NCBI RefSeq assembly: GCF_006345805.1
Contig: NC_043004.1
Coordinates: 65,596,001 to 65,660,000 of the forward strand
Source of the DNA: Octopus sinensis
Lineage: Eukaryota
Direction of reading: 5' to 3'
DNA length: 64,000 nt
The notes under the pieces were generated by a model. The model ran no database searches. It was not told the origin of the DNA and was given only the letters and a program-made list of their open reading frames with translations. The position numbers and the translations under genes were made by a program. Below, piece by piece: positions 53,922 to 64,000 of this stretch; positions within the stretch are counted from its first letter, which is position 1; each line of letters opens with the position of its first letter.

Positions 53922-53963
<42 letters not shown>

Positions 53964-54312
53964 TAGTATATGTATATACATGTGTGTATGTGTATGAATA
54001 TGCACACAAACAGCGAGACACGCATGAATGCACGATATGTGCACGCTCAGGTATGCGTGCATACATCTTTATCAAATTCAATAACGCGCTACACTGAGTT
54101 ATTAACTGAGAAATATTTAAAATATGATAATAGTATACAACTGTCATGGACGGTAAACGCCTCTGCGTTTCCTATATATAACCGTTTATGAAACAGGTAA
54201 CGTAACACTGAGTTGTGTGGTAATGAGGTTTTGATATTTTCACTACTATCGTTGTTTGAAGATCGCTACATGTATAAATGTACGTGAGTATATATAAATA
54301 ATATATATATAT

Positions 54313-54373
<61 letters not shown>

Positions 54374-55489
54374 ATATATTATATATAGATATATATATGT
54401 ATATGTATATATTATATATACATATATATACATTATTTATATATTATATACATATATATACATTATATATATATATATATACATACATGCAACTACTACA
54501 CGAACACACACCCACACATTTATGTGGTTAATCCAGAGTGATTATCAGTCCTGGCAAAATACTTCAAAAGCTCTCTGTTGGCACACCAGGTTAAAAATAT
54601 TGTTTAGATTAGTGAAGAACTCCAAGTATTCTTAGGGCGGTTTCCAAGGTTATGGTTCCTCACAATTCTATATTGTAAATCCGTGGATGGACTACAAACA
54701 ACTTTGTTTCTCCACAGAGTGATTATATAAAAATATGAAGTTAAAAATAGTGGTCATTACATATTTTTCCTTTACTGTAGCAATTTTTGTCTTAGAGCTG
54801 TTACCAGTACTCATTATAGGTACATTACTGATACGTTTATTCAATCGGTCATTAGGTCATTTGGGAAAAATTGAACGACCTACATAAATTAATGCTATTT
54901 ACATCGGAGACATTTCTGATTAGAACAGAGCAGAACATTGAAGGAATGGTGAGTGCATGAAGGTGGGAGGAAAAGCTGGAAAGATGCAAGTAGAGAACAT
55001 AGGAAGACATGTTATAAAAGGTGTGAGAGAAGTAAGGAAATGATTGAGGAATAGTCTAATTAATAGAACCAAGGGTATTGTATTGGTAACACGTGGAAGG
55101 GTCACAAAACATTTTTTTCGAGTCAGGTCAACAGACATCATATTTACTTTGTATACAGGTTAGATACTCTCGAACCGTTGTGCTGAAATTTGACATGGTC
55201 TTTTTATACATAATCTATCACTGTGACATTTGGTACTGTTGCTATCAATCATTGTAGGGGAATTATATTAGAAGATGAAGGTATATTTCTTCAGTGTTCT
55301 GCTTTGTTATACGGCTTTCCAGAGCTAGTTTGCTTTCACCGTACGTCTTCCTGCCGTCTTCAACTAATACAAGATCCATAGAAACTTACACCTTCTACTT
55401 GTCACGTATAAGTTACCGAAATCACAATATTGCCCTGTGAGGGCGACACCGTTCCGTTGTCGAGTTCAAGGCCATCAGTGTTGAAAGAC

Positions 55490-55636
55490 GGTACAAGTCG
55501 ATCACATTGACCCCAGCAGTAGAGCGTTACTGTAATTTATCGACCGTGAAGGGATGGAGAGCAAATTTAACGTCGCCGGGATGTGAACTCAGAACTTAAA
55601 CCGTTGGTAGAAACGCTGCTAAGCATTTTGTCCGAT
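55490..55636 (-). mobile_element. SINE family A, diverged
   Basis: Reverse-complement homology (atttatcgacc.tgaagggatg..agc). Confidence 0.55.
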
Positions 55637-57245
55637 ATATTATGATAGAATAAAATATAATGAGTTGTTAGGGGATGATATTTCAAAACATATTTTGATG
55701 CCATTTGGTATAACATGGTATCAATACTAAATAAACTATGCTATAGTACGATATAAATTGATATAATATAATACAATATAATATCCATGACATCATATAG
55801 ATATGCTATATATTTAATGTGTAACATGCACTTTCACATGTACTTGCTTGCATAATCTTTAACCTCGATATGTTAATGGATAACAACCAATGACATAATA
55901 CAGTTCGATATTTAAGAAGTGATGAATTATTTACATTATTTACATGATTTACATTTGACGGACAAATATCCGTCAAACGTAAATAATATAAATAATGAAC
56001 CAGTGACATATATCTGTTCTCTGAAAAATATGTGTCAAAAGGTTCGAACTAAATGTTTGTGGCGATATCAACTCATGGTTAATAGATATATTTCGCAATC
56101 ATTGCATTCTGTGTTCACTTTTATTAGTATGGTATCTCCGACAAGTCTCTTGTACCATATTTCCGAGTTATTTCATGTTCCTTTAAGGGGATAGTAATCT
56201 GTTGCAGAAATTAGGATAGTCCCTTATTATGAAGTTAAATGTATTCTTTTTGTCAATCCTTGCACAAGGGTTATGTACGTTGTTCTGTGTCCTTCGAGTA
56301 AACCATGAAACGAAAATTATAATTTTACAAAAACACATTTCTTGTACTCGGGCTGGTGATATTCTTATCTAAGTTGAATTTTTGTTATATTTCATTTGGG
56401 AAATCATATAATCGTACAAATTATATTTGATAAATGGAAGATTAGTTTGAAACAGATACCAAATCATCACTCTTGCATATTTAATTTAGCCAATAGGTTG
56501 GGCAGTTTTACTAGTTTATGCTCAATTAACATCGATTATGTAGATATTTATGCACGATGGCCCTTCACTCTGTTTTGGTGTTGAAATTGCAGCTAAGATT
56601 GGACGGTCATTGTAATTTTGACCTATGTATCGATTCAACATTCGAGAAAATCTTTCCTGCTCTGTGAAGGTCACATTATCAACCTATGAATACATGACGA
56701 TGTAAGTGGATATGTTGCATCCTCAACGTAAGTAGATAGAATGGAAATACTTTTAACACATCTTAAATTGAAATCGTGTCTAATACAGCATAGAATTAAG
56801 ATGCATTCCTAAGATATGCAAATACTCCAGAAAGGTATCCTTGCATTCGTGATAGATTTTTAACCCGAGTATTCTTTTGCTATAAATTGGTGTCATTCAT
56901 TGGACAGCAGTCAGCTGTTTCGGTGTCTTTAACGCTTGTAATCTATCATATCAAGCGCAAATTTAAAAGCTAATCTTTATAAATTGTATTGTGAGCTATA
57001 CTTTGATATGTTGGGAAGCAGCGAACACCACTGATTCCCACAGCTATACACTAACTCAGACAGTTATTAATAATTATTAATGGGCACAAACACACACAGA
57101 TATACTCACACACACATACACACACATCACAACCTCCATACACATATTCTGCGTCAGGGGTAGAACTCAATTTCAAGTTCATATTTGTGAATCCGACTGC
57201 AAAGAACCACACGATATATGTATATACATACACATAAAATATTTG

Positions 57246-57291
<46 letters not shown>

Positions 57292-57508
57292 ATATATAAT
57301 GATAAATATCAAAGTGAGTTATATACAGTAGCGGTAACACATCGTGACGTATTTTTGCCATTTCAATATGGCTAACCCCTAAGGGTGGATGCTACTGTAG
57401 TTTTTAGCCCCAGGAGGACACACTCCTCCAGCTGGCCATAGACACACTTTCTGTGTCCTGTCAGTATTTGCAAAGGGAAGTCATCCTTCCCGTCTTCAAC
57501 TTATGATA

Positions 57509-57553
57509 CACACGGACTCGAGTTTCGAGGTAGTAACCTCTCGTCAGCGTGTG
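57509..57553 (-). ncRNA. Type I minimal hammerhead ribozyme (copy 1)
   Basis: Minus strand reads CACACG-CUGACGA-GAGG(UUACUA)CCUC-GAAA-C(UCGA)G-UC/CGUGUG. All core nucleotides are present, with 6-bp stem I, 4-bp stem II and a GUC site. Predicted cut is between 57515 and 57514. Confidence 0.92.
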
Positions 57554-57861
57554 ACAATCATAGTTGTCGCCGAGAATTAGATTTCCTTCACAAATACTTA
57601 TACTTTTTCCAGCGTCCACTGTCGCTGATATTGAAAAAGTGAAATCAAACAATGATAAATATCAAAGTGAGTTATATACAGTAGCGGTAACACATCGTGA
57701 CGTATTTTTGCCATTTCAATATGGCTAACCCCTAAGGGTGGATGCTACTGTAGTTTTTAGCCCCAGGAGGACACACTCCTCCAGCTGGCCATAGACACAC
57801 TTTCTGTGTCCTGTCAGTATTTGCAAAGGGAAGTCATCCTTCCCGTCTTCAACTTATGATA

Positions 57862-57906
57862 CACACGGACTCGAGTTTCGAGGTAGTAACCTCTCGTCAG
57901 CGTGTG
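57862..57906 (-). ncRNA. Type I minimal hammerhead ribozyme (copy 2)
   Basis: Identical to 57509-57553 and offset by 353 nt. Predicted cut is between 57868 and 57867. Confidence 0.92.
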
Positions 57907-58186
57907 ACAATCATAGTTGTCGCCGAGAATTAGATTTCCTTCACAATACTTATACTTTTTCCAGCGTCCACTGTCGCTGATATTGAAAAAGTGAAATCAA
58001 ACAATGATAAATATCAAAGTGAGTTATATACAGTAGCGGTAACACATCGTGACGTATTTTTGCCATTTCAATATGGCTAACCCCTAAGGGTGGATGCTAC
58101 TGTAGTTTTTAGCCCCAGGAGGACACACATATATATATATATATGTATGTGTATATATATACATACATATATATATATATATATAA

Positions 58187-58251
<65 letters not shown>

Positions 58252-58810
58252 CAAATACTTATGTGTATGTATATACATATATCAGCATAGTCACTTTCCT
58301 GAACGTGGAATGTGAACATAGCTAGCACACGAACATGCCTCAGTGACGAACTACCTCAGCATAGAAGTATAAGAACTCAGAATAATGAAAACAAGTTAAC
58401 TACTCAATAATTTGCCCAAAAGACAAATACAAAGGAGACAAACATTCAAAAGATGTCACCCAACAGTAAGGTTCCTTGATTTATTGTTTCATTCACGTGG
58501 CAGTGTTTTCCAAAATGGAAGCGTAAACCTTTCTCCATTTCTTTGGCTTGAGAAATTGTTAAGACACCAGGACATTTTCCTACTTTTCGTAACATGAAAC
58601 CGATGGTCACCTTAATTTACAAATAAAGAAATTATATCCACCAATGTGGTGTTGAGCACTCAGTTTCATCGTTTGACTTTTACGTACACACACACACATA
58701 TTAACGGCGGTGCATCAGCATGGCCGCAACTCTGAGATGAAACTACAGAAAAATTAAATAAAATATATATAAATGTATACACGCACGCACGTAAACACAC
58801 AGAGGCACAG

Positions 58811-58855
<45 letters not shown>

Positions 58856-59639
58856 CATACATACTAAAGGTAATCGTGGAAGTGTGTTTTAAATATTTCT
58901 GTACTTTTCTCTGCTTCTGTACAGATGTTTAAATTTACAGCACTTCGTAACAAAGGTTTTTACCGGTTGCGAGGAGAGATAAGGGAAATAAGAATATTTA
59001 TAAACTATTAATTATAAACTATAATAATTCTGGTTTTCTATGGCTTTATGAATATTCCTCTGCCCATTACTCAAATTGTTGAAATTATTGGTTTCATACA
59101 AATAGTATACAGCACGATTTCATTTTAATTTATGCGTCGAACAAATATTGATGAACGCTTTTTCGAGCTGTGGTTGTCACCAAAGGCACTACTGTAAGCA
59201 AGGCATTAATTGTAGAACTTTTGTCTCGTCAACATAGTTCGAATAAAGTTTCTTTCTTCTTCATTACGCTGCATGCCACTGTGTCAACTACGGTCGCCAT
59301 TGAATATTAGAACAGAATAACCTATTTGATTAAGATGGCAAGATAAATATGAGATCCTTGTTGATAGAACGTCACTGGGAATGAATTATATTGAGCTCAT
59401 ATTCTGGATTTTCACCAAGTAAAACAGCTTGTTTCGTTACTTGTATCAATTGTACAACCGGGTAGATTGTTGTTGATAGATGTCGTTAAATGCATACTGT
59501 AGAAATAATAATTTAAGGAAAGCAGGTGAAATACGGACGGATCGACTGCTTCTATTCAAACATGAGATAATGCCTGCCCGGTGATGGTGGAATTCATGGT
59601 AAAAATGGTAATTACCTTCTCGGGTCACACCAGCTCGAA

Positions 59640-59842
59640 AGCCTTAGTTTCTCGGTTTCATTGGATGTATGTCTCCCATTGGAAGGAACGCCAGTCTGTC
59701 GCAGTATTACTCATTTTCACCACCTGAGTGGACGGGGACAACGTGAAATGAATTGTTTTGCTCAAGAGCTCAGCAATTCGTCCGGTCCAGTAATCAAAAC
59801 CAGAACCGTACGATCGTGAGTCCAACACTGAGGCACGCGCCT
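59640..59842 (-). mobile_element. Diverged tRNA-SINE whose head seeds the adjacent satellite
   Basis: gttttgctcaagag CORE-like motif and cgatcgtgagtccaacact head. Confidence 0.55.
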
Positions 59843-60729
59843 ACAAGTTGGATCTATGAACCTGTTATAGAATGTGTTGATGCGTGTGAGGACACTTGAT
59901 AAAAATCCTCCTTCTTGAACTTAGACATCACAATGAGAAAAAGATTACCAATAGGTGAAATTAGAACTACGTGTCTGTAAGTAAACAAAACTAGAACCAC
60001 ACGATCATGAGTCCAACACTAAGACAGGCGTCTACAAGTTGGATCTATGAACCTGTTATAGAATGTGTTGATGCGTGAGAGGACACTTGATAAAAATCCT
60101 CCTTCTTGAACTTATACATCACAATGAGAAAAAGATTACCGATAGGTAAAATTAGAACTACGTGTCTCTAAGTAAACAAAACTAGGACCACACGATCATG
60201 AGTCCAACACTAAGACAGGCGTCTACAAGTTGGATCTATGAACCTGTTATAGAATGGGTTGATGCGTCTGAGAACACTTGATAAAAATCCTCCTTCTTGA
60301 ACTTAGACATCACAATGAGAAAAAGATTACCAATAGGTGAAATTAGAACTACGTGTCTGTAAGTAAACAAAACTAGAACCACACGATCATGAGTCCAACA
60401 CTAAGACAGGCGTCTACAAGTTGGATCTATGAACCTGTTATAGAATGTGTTGATGCGTGTGAGGACACTTGATAAAAATCCTCCTTCTTGAACTTAGACA
60501 TCACAATGAGAAAAAGATTACCGATAGGTAAAATTAGAACTACGTGTCTGTAAGTAAACAAAACTAGAACCACACGATCATGAGTCCAACACTAAGACAG
60601 GCGTCTACAAGTTGGATCTATGAACCTGTTATAGAATGGGTTGATGCGTGTGGGAACACTTGGTTAAAATCCACACAAAGAAAAAGATTACCAATAGGTG
60701 AAATTAGAACTACGTGTCTGTAAGTAAAT
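59800..60729. repeat. 191-bp tandem repeat, about 4.7 copies
   Basis: ctacaagttggatc at 59841, 60032, 60223, 60414 and 60605. The last copy is internally deleted. Confidence 0.95.
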
Positions 60730-61401
60730 GTTCTTAGAATATAATTAAGTCTGCGACTATGTACATGTGGCGATAAGTGTTTAGATGATCACAATTATGA
60801 TGATGATGGTGGTGGTGATGGCAATAAGAAAAGAAAGAGGAGTAGCAGTTGGAGGAAGGGTGGGGTAAGAGTTGGAGGAGGTGGAGAAAAACCACGATGA
60901 CGTCGTTCATGATTCTTATTACGATAGCTTTCTTCGGTTTTACCTCAGAAATTATATAACTACCTCATAACATTAACTTCTATAAAATGCCAAATGTCAT
61001 ATACTTGTATACAACATGGTTTAGAATGTCTCCGGACAGGCACAAATATATGTAAATAAGCTACTTTCAATGATAAAGCAAAAATAAACGCATTAAAAAA
61101 CAACAAGAATTCTCTCTTTATTTCACAGTTTCTCCTATCTATAAAGAATATACTTTGTGCGTGATATGCTGCTGGTTGCCTGTGGCCAAGGATGTGGAAC
61201 GTTTATGTTGAGCTAATGTACATGTCTCCTCTTTAAACTATCGTTTCTATTCCATGGGGACTCTGGCAGAATATAAATTATTCTTGTTATTAACTGCAAG
61301 AACTTAGGTAAAGTGGAAAAGTCACTCTCTCTGCCTCCTCTCTCTACTATTATATCTTAATCTAATTCTCTCTTTTCTCTTTCATTGTGTGCGTCTACGT
61401 G

Positions 61402-61432
<31 letters not shown>

Positions 61433-63386
61433 GCATGTTCAAGCTAAAAGCATATTTACATTTGTATAAATATGCGATTGCGCCCACACACCCACGCACA
61501 CATATATGTATATATGAAAGATAGAGATAGATAGGGAGAAAGAGAGAGGAAGACAGAGGGAGAGAGAGGGAGAGAGAGTGAGAAGGAGGGAGTAAGGTTG
61601 AGGTAAGTATCTGTCAACACATATATCTAAGCGAGTCTGTCATTCCCTCCCCCTTATTTATTTAATTCCCTTTCATTAACCCCTCTGTGTCTATGTCTAC
61701 CCCTCTGCATACATATGTATATGTATATGTATATGTATGTATATATATATATGTATGTATGTATGTAATTATATATGTGTGTGTGTGAGCGTGCACGTGT
61801 CTCTGTGTATGCCTATGATGTTTTCCTACCATATGTACAGGTAAGTGCATATGTGTGTGTAGATAGGCATGCATTAATGGACTTGTATGTATATATATAT
61901 ATGTGTGTATGTGTGTGTGTGTATCTGTGTGTGTATATCTGTGTGTGTGTGTGACATACACTCTGCAATTTATCTGAATTTATGTATGAATATACAACTC
62001 TGCAATGTTTATAGACTATTTGTAAAAGGTTGCTTTAATATATTTCTTTTCTATTTTAGTGAAAGTGTCTTGGGAGAAGTTTATACAGCTTTCAACGACT
62101 AATCACCAATTGTTTTACATTTTAATCAGTTACACGTTCTACATCATTCACCAAACTTTGATTAGTAATTTAGATTAACCTCATTACTACTGCAAATATT
62201 TATTCGTCCTCTTCTTCTGTGTTGAGTAGTTTTTCTTCTTGTCTGTAAATGAAACCAGACATTCCCACGTATGCGTGTGTAAAATTTGGAGTCGTAACGT
62301 TTGGTGTATGTATGCATTATGTACAGTCATTCATACACCTTTGTTAGGCAGACGCTAACGTATTTTTCCAGAGTCAGCCATCGACGCCAATCTATATATG
62401 TTTCTTGTGTTATAAAGATGAAACAAAACTCTGTTCAATTAGATATCTCAGTCAAAAGAAAAATAACAGGTTTAGTAACATGCTGACGAATATATTTTGC
62501 GATTGTCGTGCTGCTGCCGTTGCATCAGCTATAAAAACCAATAATAAAAACCAAAAAAAAAACCCCACACACAACGATGGTAGTTACAACTGCAGCAATA
62601 CCAGGACAAATACATTTACTAGCAGAAGGTTCATTGCTAACCATGGAAGAAAGGTGTTTAATCGATTGAATTGAGTGAAGTCAATTATTATGACATGCAA
62701 TGCCGTTATTGATCCAGTTGCGTTGATATGAAAGGAAAGAATATTAGACGAGATTGCTTTTGAACTCGAGACAAGAATATACAGAAGGGACCATATGAAT
62801 CATAGTCACATAGTTAACGTTGTATGATAGGAGCCAATAAAGGAGCATCTATGTAGCCATTAGACCTGCTAGAAATAGCAACAAAATCAACCTCATATCA
62901 CAAACCTACGTCTTCAGTTTAGATATATTAGATAATATTAGTATATCTAACATATCCATACGTATCTATTAATAAGAGATATGGTCACAACTGGAACAGC
63001 ATTTTCCCAGATCTGCTGGGTGAGGTTTGGACAATCATCACCACCAACAACACCACCCCTACCATCATTACCATCACCATAGCTACCAACGATGTCACTA
63101 CCACCATCACCAACACAACAACATAAGTGACAACAGCAACAGCATCAACGAGCCAATGACGAACCTTCAACCTTGTTGCGAGATCTTGTAATTAGAAACC
63201 AGTCTCTCTTGAATCATACACCCCACTGGAATGATTAAAATATAGATTAAGTAACGTAGCTCTTGATTAACAAAGACCAAATCTGAATATGAGATGGGAT
63301 GGCGAGAGCGGGATTGAATTTAATCATCTGCTTGCCCACGATTGACCTAGGGTTGAAGACCTGAAACGTCAACAAAAATTATATTC

Positions 63387-63783
63387 AGGCGTAGTAGTGG
63401 CTGTGTTGTTAGTAGCTTGCTTACCAACCACATGATTCCGGGTTCAGTCCCACTGCATGGTAACATGGACAAGTGTCTTCTACTATAGCCTCGGGCCGAC
63501 CAAGGCCTTTTGAGAGAAATTGGTAGACGGAAACTGAAAGAAGCCCGTCTTATATATATATATGTGTGTGTGTGATTGTGTGATTGTGTGTCTGTTTGTC
63601 CCCCCAACATCGCTTGACAACCGATACTGGTGTGTTTACGTCCCCAAAACCTAGCGGCTCGGTAAAAGAAAAACGATAGAAAAGCACTAGGCTTACAAAG
63701 AATAAGTCATGGTGTCAATTTGCTCGACTAAAGGCGGTACACCAGCATGGCCACAGTCAAATGACTGAAACAAGTAAAAGAGC
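63387..63783 (+). mobile_element. SINE family B, full length
   Basis: Colinear with 23750-24149. Confidence 0.9.
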
Positions 63784-64000
63784 AAAAAATGTAACTACCA
63801 CGAACATCAGCGCCACCACTGTCAATAAAATCAAGATCAACATGAAGGGTCTAATGAAAGAATTTTTTATGTACTTATGCGGCCAGATATCGCAAGCAAA
63901 TTTTCCTTAAATCAGAGCAAAGCGTGTCGGGAAAAGATATCCTCGTGACAATGGCGAAAGTACTACCATTGTGAATATGCTTGCAACTCATATACCAACA

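Larger units (their letters stand above)
57299..58127 (-). mobile_element. Non-LTR retrozyme-like element: about 2.35 tandem copies of a 353-bp hammerhead-containing unit inserted in (TA)n
   Basis: Units start at 57301, 57654 and 58006 (gataaatatcaaagtgag...). The only difference I found between the two full copies is a 1-nt indel. Each full copy contains a complete hammerhead. (TA)n-rich tracts flank both ends. Confidence 0.85.

Noticed and set aside
54920-55141. Possible PLE linker fragment (IPLVL...)
   Set aside because: Too short and diverged to support.
57461-57652. 63-aa minus-strand ORF crossing the hammerhead
   Set aside because: TTG start, short and no motif; expected by chance in a 353-nt unit.
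57299-58127. CRISPR-like or plain satellite reading of the tandem arrays (also 59800-60729)
   Set aside because: There are no unique spacers and the context is eukaryotic; whole units repeat.

Overview
Repeat-dense, AT-rich eukaryotic DNA with no host gene that I can support; it looks intronic or intergenic. The SINE families and the extreme (TA)n/(TAA)n/(TATC)n/(CA)n load suggest an octopus (inference). Almost all ORFs in the track are translated microsatellites. The real coding remnants belong to transposons: a Penelope-like RT+GIY-YIG element (probably Naiad clade, 37177-38304), R4/Dong-type RLE retrotransposon pieces inside (TAA)n tracts, mariner and maT transposase relics, and a CR1/L2 3' end. 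Non-coding repeats include at least three tRNA-SINE families and several MITE or foldback elements. The most interesting signal is invisible to the ORF track. A (TA)n-embedded tandem array (about 2.35 x 353 bp, 57299-58127) carries two identical, complete minimal type I hammerhead ribozymes exactly one unit apart, which is the architecture of a non-LTR retrozyme able to release a 353-nt circularisable RNA. At least two other unrelated (TA)n-flanked foldback families also carry intact hammerhead cores (18359-18423, 12503-12563), plus a weaker candidate and degenerate relics. This points to a multi-family ribozyme-element system plausibly mobilised by Penelope-like elements. All folds and alignments were done by eye; none were computed or searched.
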